The notes under the pieces: generated by a model | Told to the model about the DNA's origin: nothing | Seen by the model: only the letters and a program-made list of their open reading frames with translations | The model's database searches: none | Part shown: piece by piece, positions 1 through 12,197 of the stretch | Layout: the number at the start of each line of letters is the position of its first letter | How positions within the stretch are numbered: position 1 is the stretch's first letter | Position numbers and translations under genes: made by a program | Assembly (NCBI RefSeq): GCF_001194135.2 | Contig: NC_068986.1 | Location: forward strand, 96,930,761 to 96,973,689 | DNA length: 42,929 bases | Direction of reading: 5' to 3' | DNA from: Octopus bimaculoides | Lineage: Eukaryota

Positions 1-250
1 ATGGCAGGCGCTAGTGTAACGAAAACAGCCGAAATATTTGGTGTATCAAGAAGTAGTCTCGAAAGTAATGACAGCCTTTGAGAAAGAGGGAAAAACCTCC
101 TTGTCAAAACAAAACACCGGAAGAAATCCAAAACTTTCAGATAGGGACCGTTGGACTCTTACGCGATTTATTAGAAAGAATCACAAAAGTACAGTTCCCA
201 AAATTACTGCAGAGTTTAATGAACACCTCGAGAACCCATTTTCAACTCCA
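1..250 (+). pseudogene. Tc1/mariner transposase N-terminal (paired HTH) fragment, frameshifted and truncated
   Basis: Frame 1 reads MAGASVTKTAEIFGVSRS. After a frameshift near 55 it continues VSKVMTAFEKEGKTSLSKQNTGRNPKLSDRDRWTLTRFIRKNHKSTVPKITAEFNEHLENPFST, which matches the GRxxKLSxRDxRxLxRxxRKN..T...I.AE pattern of Tc1-like DNA-binding domains. No catalytic domain follows. Confidence 0.8.
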
Positions 251-589
251 GTCCTCTTTAAATGGAAACGATATTGTATAATTATTTGATTCACACCACC
301 TCCTTGCTAAATGTTACGTATAATACAGGTAAGCACTTCCCACTATCCATGCATATAAGAAGTTGTTTAATAGACACATTAGATGCACCACCAGCAGGAA
401 ACAAATTATAGCGCATAATACACACACCACATGGAGGACAGTTGCACTTGTGGAGAAAGCATCACATGTTGTTTTGAGCTTTATTTATACTAAGAATAGC
501 TGACCCTTCTATAGTTGTCAAAAATATAAATAACTCTATATCCATTGTATAGCGTGCTCAAGGTAATTTCCTTGATTTATATATATATA

Positions 590-725
590 TTTTTTGTATT
601 TGCTGCCGATAAGAAAACCGCACATGCGCGGTAGATATGAAAAATTATAACATATAAGCACGAGGCATGTTTTTATGTATTGCCTCGTATTTATGTGTTA
701 ATCTTGGCTTTCCTGCTGATGATAG
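590..725 (-). mobile_element. Fragment of the same MITE family, inverted relative to 985-1118
   Basis: The reverse complement of 590-725 aligns by eye with the MITE interior 985-1118 (tcagcagg..gccaagatt..ataaatacgaggcaat..tgcctc.tgcttatat.ttataatttttca..tcggcagcaaata). Confidence 0.7.
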
Positions 726-812
726 GGTAAGAAAAATTTTTAGAAACTTTTGCTACCAGTAGCCTAGCATGTAGAATACTAGTCAGTAGACTATATATTA
801 TTCATATAAGTA

Positions 813-1280
813 CAATGTACATTTAAACATATAGGATACCTAGCATGTTAGAAGGAGTAGCCAAAATCCAAACCACTATTAGGGATAAATTTCGAAGGGA
901 ATGAAAAATAAAAACATTTTCCATCTATCTCCTGGACCATGGTTTCAAGCTCTAAATTAGCAAATAAAATAATTTGCTAGGCGGAGCTCTCTTCAGCAGG
1001 GACGCCAAGATTAGCATATAAATACGAGGCAATGCAGCATATGCCTCCTGCTTATATATTATAATTTTTCAAACCCACTGCGTAAGCACAGTTTTCGTCG
1101 GCAGCAAATAAAAATAATGCCGGCATTCCTTCGAAAATTTGCCAAAAATTATCAATAATTAATGAATATCAGGATAAGAAAAAATTATTTATCCCTAATA
1201 GTGGTTTGGATTTTGGTTACTCCTTCTAGCATGCTAGGTGTCCTATGATGGTCACCTCTTATGTGTTTAAATGTACACTG
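813..1280. mobile_element. Tc1/mariner-type MITE with ~80-95 bp TIRs and TA target duplication
   Basis: 832-890 and 1187-1245 are reverse complements (56/59), as are 811-831 and 1262-1282 (19/21). The ends are TA|CAATG...CACTG|TA. The right arm has 16 extra bases (1246-1261). Confidence 0.85.
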
Positions 1281-1292
1281 TATATGTATATG

Positions 1293-1354
<62 letters not shown>

Positions 1355-1608
1355 CGTGCACTCACACACTCACTCATACATACACATACACGTTTATATA
1401 ATTGCTAAAATGATGCTTATTATTAACGATGGCTGTTTACTTCGAAAATTTTTGATTCTGGCTTGCTATTTAAAACAGATCTCGGGTGAGTGCATTTAAC
1501 TATATGGTAAGGGGAATATAAACTCGAGTTTATTTCTAGGGCAATGTCGGAAAAGTTAGTTATTTTAGTGCTATTTTAGAAAGAAGATTATAATTCATAT
1601 AGAATTTA

Positions 1609-1999
1609 TAGCTTGCTTACCAACCACATGGTCCCGGGTTCAGTCCCACTGCGTGGCATCTTGGGCAAGTGTCTTCTACTGTAGCCTCGGGCCGCCCAAA
1701 GCCTTGTGAGTGGATTTGGTAGACGGAAACTGAAAGAAACCCGTCGTATATATGTATATATATATATATATGTATGTGTGTATGTGTTTGTGTGTCTGTG
1801 TTTGTCCCCCCAACATCACTTGACAACCGATGCTGGTGTGTTTATGTCCCCGTAACTTAGCGGTTCGGCAAAAGAGACCGATAGAATAAGTACTAGGCTT
1901 ACAAAGAATAAGTCCTGGGGTCGATTTGCTCGACTAAAGGCGGTGCTCCAGCATGGCCGCAGTCAAATGACTGAAACAAGTAAAAGAGTAAAAGAGTAA
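1609..1999 (+). mobile_element. tRNA-derived SINE family A (octopus-type), 5'-truncated, with internal microsatellite
   Basis: B-box-like GGTTCAGTCCC, central CTTGGGCAAGTGTCTTCTACT, internal (TA/TG)n and a (TAAAAGAG)n tail. Near-identical to 4590-4992. Confidence 0.9.
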
Positions 2000-2609
2000 G
2001 TCTTTCTGAGCCCGTTCCAACCCGGCTTTGGAATAGCTGATTGCTATGGAAAAATCGTTGTCTCTGTACAGAGTAGCAGCTAGCTTAAGAAACCCCACTC
2101 AAGCTTGGTCTTTTCTCTGTCTCTTTGTTCTTTCTCTCATTCCCTTGATCACTCAATCTCTTCCTCAGACAGTAACCGATGTAGTATACTTCCTTTCACA
2201 CCACTAATACACACACCACTTGCATTTCTTCTGTTTATCCAAGCTATACTGCTTTACTTCTCGTTATAGCATTTCGTCTATGCCTTTCTACCTATCGAAT
2301 TCATCGACCTCAATATATATTATAAACTCTATCTCTCATGATCCATATTGCTCTTTGTCTTCTGAGAAGAATATCGTGATTCTACGGCACGGTGCTATCA
2401 AAATCCGTGCTAGTTGATATTTTGCTTTGCTTTTATTTATATCTACAATGCTGCCTCACAGTTTCACCTGCTTTCATTGTTATAGCAACCACTCATCGAT
2501 CATCTAAAGCAGCTATAACGATAAGGCTTCATTACATCATGCAAATTGCATACACAAATTTTCATATAAATACAATCCTTACGCCTGTTATCATTTGTCT
2601 ATTTACTTA

Positions 2610-2653
2610 TATATGCATGTATGCATGCATGCATGCATCCATCCATCTGTGTA

Positions 2654-2737
<84 letters not shown>

Positions 2738-2787
2738 TGTGTCTGTGTGTGCATATGTATATATAAATGCATATCTATCTATCTATG

Positions 2788-2847
<60 letters not shown>

Positions 2848-2857
2848 CATCTATCTA
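2610..2857. repeat. Compound microsatellite (ATGC)/(TA)/(TG)/(TATC)
   Basis: Direct reading. Confidence 0.95.
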
Positions 2858-3948
2858 TCTACCACTAGGGTAACGTGAAATTTCAATAACTTTTCCATAG
2901 AAATATATATGTATGCGTATATGTGAGTGTATATGTGTGTATATATATGTATATATTTATATATATNNNNNNNNNNNNNNNNNNNNNNNNNNNNNNNNNN
3001 NNNNNNNNNNNNNNNNNNNNNNNNNNNNNNNNNNNNNNNNNNNNNNNNNNNNNNNNNNNNNNNNNNNNNNNNNNNNNNNNNNNNNNNNNNNNNNNNNNNN
3101 NNNNNNNNNNNNNNNNNNNNNNNNNNNNNNNNNNNNNNNNNNNNNNNNNNNNNNNNNNNNNNNNNNNNNNNNNNNNNNNNNNNNNNNNNNNNNNNNNNNN
3201 NNNNNNNNNNNNNNNNNNNNNNNNNNNNATATATATGAGAGTGTGTGTGTGTATGTGCGCACGCTTGTGTGTATGTATGTTCATATTTGGGAAACTGCTT
3301 TTCTACTGAACTTAGCGTTACTTTTACCGATTTTTTTCTCTCTCACAGTTTTGTTGCAGGTCATTGGAAACCATACAAATTCCTGACTGATGAGAAAAAC
3401 TTACCAGTTATACATTCCAATTTTGGCAATATTGTCAACACCACTTATATTAGCCTTGCTTGTTATAAATCGACAGAAACACAAGCTAACGTCTCTTGAT
3501 CCAGAAGATAATACTTGTAACTCTGGAAACATTAATAACAAATCTGCATCCTTTAATATTCCAAAATATTTACAAGACCAAAGATAAAACTGGCTTTTTC
3601 AATATACACACGCATACATACATGCGTGCGCACTCACTCACACATATATACAAACACACTGGTCAAATCCTATCGGTTTTTAAACCTTTGTGGAATCTTC
3701 TGTCTCCTGCGTATAAAACATTTACCTCTACATTACAATGTATTGAGTCCTTACTTGCATGAACAGTCTTCCTGATTACTTGAATAAGTTAGTCCTATGT
3801 ACGCATATATGTATGCATATATTCGTAATTCCTGGGGTTATGTAGGCATAAGAACATGGCTAGGCACTTAGAATTAAATACTCTAAGAACTAGATATTCG
3901 GTCGAAAAAGAATGTTTTATCAGATTCACTTCTAAACANNNNNNNNNN

Positions 3949-3991
<43 letters not shown>

Positions 3992-4589
3992 TATTATAAA
4001 ATAAAAGCAGGAAAATTACATCAAAAAATCATCACAGAAGACATACGTCCAAAACAACATTGCACTAACAGATAGATGTACAGATATATAAAGTATGACT
4101 ATTTAAAACGTCCAAAAGTTTAAAACAACTTACGATTGCTCTGCGAATGCACTACCCCCAGAAACGGAATCCAAAACTGACAATCACTACTAGGCAACAC
4201 ATCCAATCGTCAGAGAGAAAGAGGACGAACCTACGGGCATTTAATTTAATGCCACTCACAACAATATCTTTAAACATCTTTTCCATATATTTTTGTGTGG
4301 CATTCGATTGACTGCACATAAACATAAGCTGTTGTAGAATCAGGATCTGGTCTAATAATGTGATGGCGATGTTGGGATGTTTGGTACTATGCAGTGTCAC
4401 CCTGTTCTGGTGTTTGTGTAACTTTCAATGCCTAAGTCTAGTGCATATCCTTCCAGGATTTTCCAGATGTATATCACTGCATATCATCCCCACCTTTGTT
4501 ACAGGGAATAAAGTTAACTTTATCAGTCTTACCCAGTAGCTGATTCATGTACATAATTGCACAAAGACATTTAATTAAGTTGCTCAAAT

Positions 4590-4992
4590 GCAGTAGTGGC
4601 TGTGTGGTAAGTAGCTTGCTTAGCAACCACATGGTTCCGGGTTCAGTCCCACTTCGTGGTATCTTGGGCAAGTGTCTTCTACTATAGCCTCGGGCCGACC
4701 AAAGCCTTGTGAGTGGATTTGGTAGACGGAAACTGAAAGAAGCCCGTCGTATATATGTATGTATATATATGTGTGTGTGTTTGTGTGTCTGTGTTTGTCC
4801 CTCCAACATTACTTGACAACCGATGCTGGTGTGTTTATGTCCCCGTCACTTAGTGGTTCAGCAAAAGAGACCGATAGAATAAGTACTAGGCTTACAAAGA
4901 ATAAGTCCCGGAGTCGATTTGCTCGACTAAAATCGGTGTTCCAGCATGGCCGCAGTCAAATGACTGAAACAAATAAAAGAGTAAAAGAGAGT
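4590..4992 (+). mobile_element. SINE family A, near full length
   Basis: A-box-like TGGCTGTGTGG, B-box-like GGTTCAGTCC, same body and tail as 1609-1999. Confidence 0.9.
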
Positions 4993-5299
4993 ATATAACT
5001 AAAACCCCTTTTCACGGAAGAAAGTGGATAAAGTTAGCCTCGGAAATCAAACAGTGCTTCTATCATAGACTGGACGTCCGTGATATTGCTACATTTGAAA
5101 ATCACAGCAGCTTTTAATCGAGAAATTAGATTTAATCTTTCGAGTGTGATATGAAATTTGTTGTTTTGTTTCTCCTTAGGTCTGTTTTTGAGGTATTTAG
5201 AAATCTGAAAATAAAGATTTTCATGCAGTTGCTCAAATGCAAATGTAGCAGTAAAATTATACCTCATGGGAAATATCACTTACATTCTATTATTCCATA

Positions 5300-5363
5300 T
5301 ATTTATTACTACATTTGCATGAGAGTAGCGTTATTTATTACTACATTTGCATGAGAGTAGCGT
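5300..5363. repeat. Perfect 32-bp tandem duplication
   Basis: tatttattactacatttgcatgagagtagcgt occurs twice. Confidence 0.95.
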
Positions 5364-5604
5364 CTAAGAAATATTTCACTGTTACAAAAACGATCTCAAA
5401 AGCTGATTTCTTTTCTCACTTCTAACATTAAATTCTTTTTTTAATTTCACAGTTAAAAGGCGACAAGTAAGATTTGTAAATGTAACAAATTCTTATTCTT
5501 CATTTTACAAGCAATAATTTATAGCTACATTTCCATGTGAGCAACTTTGTAAAAAATTAATTTTCTAATTATCCAATACTTTAAAAATACGCTATCTGTG
5601 TGTA

Positions 5605-5649
<45 letters not shown>

Positions 5650-5782
5650 ATAGATAAGTGTGTGTATACACACGCACACATGCACACACATATAGTCAAT
5701 TAGATAAATGAATGAAAATAACGGACAACAAGAGAACGTGCACAAGGAAAGTATTAGCTTGACGCTCGATGAAAAGAGAGAG

Positions 5783-5815
5783 TTTGACGTTTCGAGCATA
5801 GCTCTTCGTCGAAAA
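5783..5815 (-). ncRNA. Hammerhead-like motif (Penelope pLTR type), core altered
   Basis: Minus strand reads ttt TCGACGA A GAGC tat GCTC GAAAC GTC aaa. Confidence 0.4.
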
Positions 5816-5869
5816 GAAGGAAGGGAAAAGTCCTAAACATGAAAAGAAATCACCAACAGCACATATGTT

Positions 5870-6031
5870 GCTACACATATATATATATGTGTATATATAC
5901 ACATATATATACATGCATACATACATACATACATACATACATACATACATACACACATATATATATGAATATATATATATGGATATATATGCATATATAT
6001 ATGTATATATATATATATATATGCATACATA

Positions 6032-6100
<69 letters not shown>
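5870..6100. repeat. Compound (TA)n/(TACA)n microsatellite
   Basis: Direct reading. Confidence 0.95.
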
Positions 6101-6102
<2 letters not shown>

Positions 6103-6111
6103 GCACGCGCG

Positions 6112-6915
6112 CAGAGGGTGTGATGGGTAAATTGTCACCACTTTAAATTTTTCGCGCATGCACATTGTTTGTTTTTCATTTCGTCAGCTACACAGTATAG
6201 TAGGGTCAGCTGGGCACCGTATGTGAGAAAAATAGCGCCACGACGCAATTCACTCAGCCAGAAATTTGGAAACGGCATGCTGTAATGCTTGTCATTCGCG
6301 CTGGAAGCTCCACTACGAACATTTCAGAGTGTTGAGTGTCAATCTGAGTCCAGCAAACATATACTGAGAGTGCTAAAAATCAAGCATCCAGTCAACATCA
6401 TGGTACTCGGAGTGATGGTGACGTTATGCCTCCATTCGTCTATCCACGCGGCCTCAGACGCAACGCAGAGGCCTACATCAAGTGCCTGGAGAAGATAGTG
6501 CTGCCGTGGGTCAAAAGGGTAGGTACTGGAAGACCCTACATCTGGCAACAGGACTCTGCACCATGCCACACAAGCAGGAGAACCCAGTCATGGCTGTCAG
6601 GCAATTTTTGCGACCACATCATCCCTAACATCTAGCCACTTAACTCCTCAGCCTGCAAGCCGCTTGATTATTATGTGTGAGGTGCAGTTGAGCGAGCCAC
6701 CAACAAAACTCTTTCTAACTCCAAAGATGAAGTTAAGATAAGGATTATGGCAGCATTCACTAACTTAAACAAAACTACCACCCAGAAGAGTTACAGGAGA
6801 TTCCGAAGTCGTTTGGAGGCTGTGGTTGAAGCTAATGGCAATTTTATTGAATAAATTTACTCCTTAGTATTTCAAGATATGTTTTATGTAATTTTGGTAA
6901 ATATATCTGTAAAAA
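6112..6915 (+). pseudogene. maT-type (DD37D) mariner-like transposon, internally deleted, right TIR missing
   Basis: Left end cagagggtgtgatgggtaaattgtcacca. Conceptual translation gives ..QFTQPEIWKRHAV.. then KHPVNIMVLGV / MPPFVYPRGLRRNAEAYIKCLEKIVLPWVKRV..WQQDSAPCHTSRRTQSWLSGNFCDHIIPNI*PLNSSACKPLDYYV*GAVE..RSRLEAVVEANGNFIE*. There are 37 residues between the QQD Asp and the PLD Asp. Confidence 0.85.
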
Positions 6916-7177
6916 CATACATACATACATACATACATACATACATAAATGTAAAAATACCCTGTTGATGATGTTGAAATTCCAATGAAGGAGCCTTGGA
7001 TCTAGGTTAGAAACCGGTTCTTTCTCTATCGGCAAGAAATTTTGAAATAAAACTGAAAAATGACATACATACATACATACATACATACATACACACATAT
7101 ATCGTCAGTAGATCATATATTCGAAAATAAAGCACACTTTAAAAGTTAGAGCAATAATATATTTATATGAAGGCAAA

Positions 7178-7223
7178 TATACGTCTTGTCATAAAGCGCT
7201 TAGCTTTATAGACGACTCTTCAG
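7178..7223 (-). ncRNA. Degenerate hammerhead-like motif, inverted partner of 7254-7328
   Basis: Minus strand reads CTGAAGA GTCGTC TATAAAGC TAAGC GCTTTATG AC AAGAC GTA. The helix II is shared (22/24 identity), but the GAAA box is altered. Confidence 0.45.
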
Positions 7224-7253
7224 ACACTGTATATAACAGAGGTTGTATGTTCG

Positions 7254-7328
7254 CGGCCATTGAATTCTGACGAGTCCATAAAGCTGAGCGCTTTATGAAT
7301 GCGAAACCATTGGTCACTCAAATGACCG
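7254..7328 (+). ncRNA. Putative type I hammerhead ribozyme
   Basis: Core CTGACGA at 7267-7273. Helix II is closed by G7274-C7302 and includes an 8-bp CATAAAGC/GCTTTATG stem. GAAA at 7303-7306, helix III ACC-att-GGT, GTC triplet 7313-7315. Helix I is formed by imperfect pairing of 7254-7265 with 7316-7328. Folded by eye only. Confidence 0.65.
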
Positions 7329-7674
7329 GACATATATTTAACTTCATGTGTATATATATATATATATATATATACACGCCACAGATAAATGCTACTTCCG
7401 CTTTCTCCTTATCTCCCCTCTCTCTCTAATACATGCATATTTGTATGTATGTATACAAGCACATCTACAAATGTGTGTGTGTGGTGGGTGGGATTGTGGT
7501 GTATGAGTGTGTGTATGTGTGGTGCGTATGCGCGTTTGTATGCATTGCTTTGTATCTTACATTTGAATAAATATATGCACTTTTAGCACGAGGCTGTATT
7601 GAGCACTTTTATATTATGTTATAACTTAATACACCCACACCACACATGACTTACATGTGTAAGAATGTGTGTGT

Positions 7675-7733
<59 letters not shown>

Positions 7734-7871
7734 CGTGTTAATTGAAATGAAATTCATAAAGCTTCATGATGAAAATTATAGATCACGTTTGCTAAGAATG
7801 CACTTTAACAAAATTGCTCATACATACGTGCATACATGTTGCACACTAACTCATCCATGCACGTACGCACG

Positions 7872-7906
<35 letters not shown>

Positions 7907-8179
7907 AATTACACACATGCGCAGACACGCCTACATGTGCCTGAACACACATAGGTACATGTTAAGCTGATAAAAAAAAAAAGCATTCTCGTTAAAAATA
8001 ATGGATTATTATATATTCTTGAATATGGATATTTTCAAAATAAAAAAAAAAACAACAACAAAAACAATAAAATATATCTTTCATGAAGCGTTACAATGCA
8101 GTTGGCAGAGTATTCCGCAAAGTTTGAAATATGAAAACGCTTTAATAGTTACAAATTGGATATCCACATAGACGCTGTC

Positions 8180-8180
8180 A

Positions 8181-8212
<32 letters not shown>

Positions 8213-8575
8213 TATCTGTGCTTTGTGTGAGTGTGTATGTGCTAATTGTATATGTGTGTGAATATGTGAGCTTTGAGTGCGTGTGTATGTGCTGTGTGTG
8301 TGTGTGTTTGTGTGAATGTGTGTGCGTGTATAGTGTGTGTGTGTACGAGTGTGCATGTGATGTGTTTGTGTGTGTGTGTGTATGCCTGCTTTGTATGTAT
8401 ATGTGCTGTGCGTGTGTGTGTGCTGTGTGTGTGTGTTTATGTGCGATTTGTGTATGTATGTGCTGTGTGTGTGTAGGGCTGTGTGTGTATGTGTGCTTTG
8501 TGCGTGTGTATGTGCTTTGTATGTGTGTATGTATGTGTGTTTGTGTGTGTGTGTGTGTGTGTTTGTGTGTGTGGT
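8180..8575. repeat. Degenerate (TG)n-based low-complexity tract
   Basis: Direct reading; recurrent gtgtatgtgct variant units. Confidence 0.9.
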
Positions 8576-8993
8576 AGGCTAAATTATGTTTATACGTATT
8601 TCTGTTGGGTAAATATATATACTTTAAACAGTGTCCAGGTTTATAATTATGATGTTATTGCATCTTATATTTTATGCTTTTAATACATATTTTCTTTTCT
8701 CAAAACTTCTCAAAGATATATTATCGATACATAATACGCTGTCATACAGAGATTTATGAATTTATAAATTTGATAATGCATAAATATATTCATACATACA
8801 CACATATATATATATTTAGAAACACACACACGCACGCACACACACATACACACACATATATATATATGTGTAGATATAAATGCGTATTATATGTAATGTC
8901 CATTAGGGTGTTTTCCGTTTCCACCTCATCTAAAATATGATACATGCACTCACACACACACACGTGTGCACACACACGTGCATACATACATAC

Positions 8994-9024
<31 letters not shown>

Positions 9025-9996
9025 CATGCATGCATGCATACATACATACATACATACATGCATACATACATACATACGTACATTCAAACAAAAATGCGTA
9101 CAAACGTGCATACGCACTTACCCATATGTGCTGGTGTATACAAATATGTCTAAATGTATGTATGTATGTATGTATATTTAAGATGGGATGGCCACGGTTG
9201 GAATATCTTTAATCATTGGCCTGCTTGAAGAAACAATATCAACAGCTATAGTAACATCGATATCAATTCTGAACATGTCTTTTTAAATAAATGGACTTAC
9301 AACACAGACAATCTTGCTGTGACAATAAAAAGTTAACTAAATTTCGCTGTTATTTAGTAATGGTATCATAATTTAGTTTCCAGTTATCTCAGGTAGAACT
9401 ATCATTAAATGGACTGGACTATTTTTTGCAGTCATTCTATGGTTACTTTTCACTATATCTTTTTCATTCATTTCTTTTTAAATGAATATACATGACATTT
9501 TGTTAGTTTCTTGAGAAAGCAATTAACCCTTTCACTACTCGTCTTGATGTATTAAGTATTAACATTAACGCCGTGTCTGTAAAAGATGAAGACCGACTGC
9601 GTTCCTCATACTATTTTCATTGCAATCATGGTTCTATTTATAACTCCATCAATTTGTACAGATTCAAAGGCACATGAAATCGAGAAGCAAAAATGATTTT
9701 TGCACCTTTCCATAAAAATATAGAATATCAAGAAGTAAGAATAATTCATTCAAAACGATACCACTCACAGGTTTCTTATCGTAATGTAATCGGAGTAGAA
9801 TATATGAAAAATATATTTTCCGCACGTCGTTCAAACATTAATTGATACAGAGCTCTGTACGCTGGTAGAGTGGATACATATGTTTATTATATCAAAGATT
9901 GATAGTCCGCTCAGAGTTCCGGTTCGGGTTGGTTGTTTAGACAGGTGTAAAGAGCCAAGTACAGGACACAATTCTGAGCTGATTGTCAACTTCTGT

Positions 9997-10190
9997 CTTT
10001 TACTTGTTTCAGTCATTGAACTGCGGCCATGCTGGGACACCGCCTTGAAGGGTTTTAGTCGAACGAATCACCTTCAGTACTATTTTTAAGTACTCATTCT
10101 ATTGCTGAACCGCTATGTTATGGGCACATAAACAAACCAGCATCGGTTGTTAAGTGGTAGTGGGGAGAAGACATAAACACACACACACAC
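9997..10190 (-). mobile_element. SINE family A, 3' half
   Basis: Reverse complement of the tail module (cttttacttgtttcagtcatt..gcggccatgctgg..caccgcc), running into (CA)n. Confidence 0.8.
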
Positions 10191-10205
10191 CTATATATAT
10201 ACATA

Positions 10206-10241
<36 letters not shown>

Positions 10242-10475
10242 TATAAGCAAAATAGCTAGTTATAAAATCTCAAGAAGAGTAGTAACGCATATCAAGCAGT
10301 AAAGCCACTCAACACATCACGGTGGCTGTACAATGTTACTACTAGCTTAACCCCAAGCAGATTCTTCGCCAGGTGGGTGCAGAGTGTCGCACCAATAACC
10401 AGCTGATGGAGAATCTACCTAGGGTTAAACTAGTAGTATCATTCAACAGCCAACGTGATGTGGCGACTGGCTTTA

Positions 10476-10478
<3 letters not shown>

Positions 10479-10563
<85 letters not shown>
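10479..10563. repeat. (TA)n microsatellite
   Basis: Direct reading. Confidence 0.95.
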
Positions 10564-10568
<5 letters not shown>

Positions 10569-11828
10569 GCGACTCCAGGTAATCAGCGTCATTCGGTCTC
10601 ATCACATATTTCGCATAAGACACATGGTCTGCTCGAAGAATTTCACGTTTTTCCGCTATATTTCTAGCCCCAAATAGCTTATTTTTATATCTCCATTTCT
10701 AAGTTAAGCTTAAAAAAAAAAAAAGCAACCCTGCAAAACACAGCTGATCTTTACACAGACGCACAGAATAACAACAATCAAATAACTACAGCAGAGTGCA
10801 CAACAAACATCAGCCATCTAACTGTCACCTGTACTCTTGACAAGAGATACCAGTTAGTATTTTACACCTACCAGGCTCATTCATATTAGCCCGAATTGCT
10901 GGATAATTCTTCGTTCCTTTAAGAATATTGTATAACGGAAACTTTTCCTAGATTAGAATTTAAATCCTAATCTCTAAAGAAATTTAATGTTTCAAGAAAA
11001 AAAATGAATTTGAATTACTTTTAATTTTTACGATTATAGATAACAACTCGGGCTGTAACTTCTGAGCCTGAGACAGGCGCGTGCGAATGATGTCGAGAGA
11101 ACGTCTACTATGGATGATATTTTGTGACACAGGGCACGTCTGAGATGACCACCAGACGCTGAACGAAAATAAATAAACTGCGACCAGGCTCAATAAAAGG
11201 AGACCGAATTATGTGCTGAAATTACATTCTTGAAGTCAGTATTGGCAGAAATTAAATCAGATTGCAAATACACATTCACTTCACTAAATTTATACTCGGA
11301 TTAAGCTCGAACAGCCTGAGTGCCGGAGTTGCCACTGATATATATGTATATATATATATTTATATATACATATATATTCTTTATTGTAGGTTAATAAGGC
11401 TACCGCTGATTTCAGGCCAAGAGAAATTTCTCAGCAATTATCAAGCCTGCCACATGTAAGATTGGTACTCGACTCCATCTTGGACGAGAATACACGAGCC
11501 TACACGAGATTCCACAGGATTTGGGGATAAACAGATAAATATGCAGATCATAGGAGATAATTATCAGAAAGTCCTAATTATTGTTAGTCTTTGCATTAGC
11601 ACTGGAATCTTTATTAGAAGTTGCATTCACCATGAATTGATAAAGTTTATTTGAGTAAGGAGTTGCATTTATCATAAATTGATTAATTCATTCACCATTT
11701 CATGTAAGAACTCTCATGCAAGTCCACGTCAAAATTTTATAAATACAAGTATAAATACACACGTATGTGCACTTGCATACCTATACAAAATATGTGCACA
11801 AACACACAGACAAACACACACACACAGA

Positions 11829-11882
<54 letters not shown>

Positions 11883-12155
11883 CAATCAACTGCATTGTGC
11901 GTTTTGTTCATGTTTGAGTATGTGTACATGATTGTGGAGTTTCACATATTTTGACTCCAAACTCAGTCTTCGAGGTTGTGTATTAATAAGTTTTTGTATA
12001 TATGTATTATTTGAATCATGTGAACAATCTTATCGTTAAAGGTGCGAAATTGATATGATTTTTGGACGATAACTGATGAAGGATGAGCTTATTCAGGATT
12101 TGTGCTTTGATTCTCCGTGTATCACCTTGTCAGCCTTCAGTGCAATTTCTAATAG

Positions 12156-12197
<42 letters not shown>

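Noticed and set aside
11040-11210. GC-richer unique stretch as a possible exon
   Set aside because: All plus frames close quickly, the minus ORF has no recognisable homology, and there is no clear donor site.
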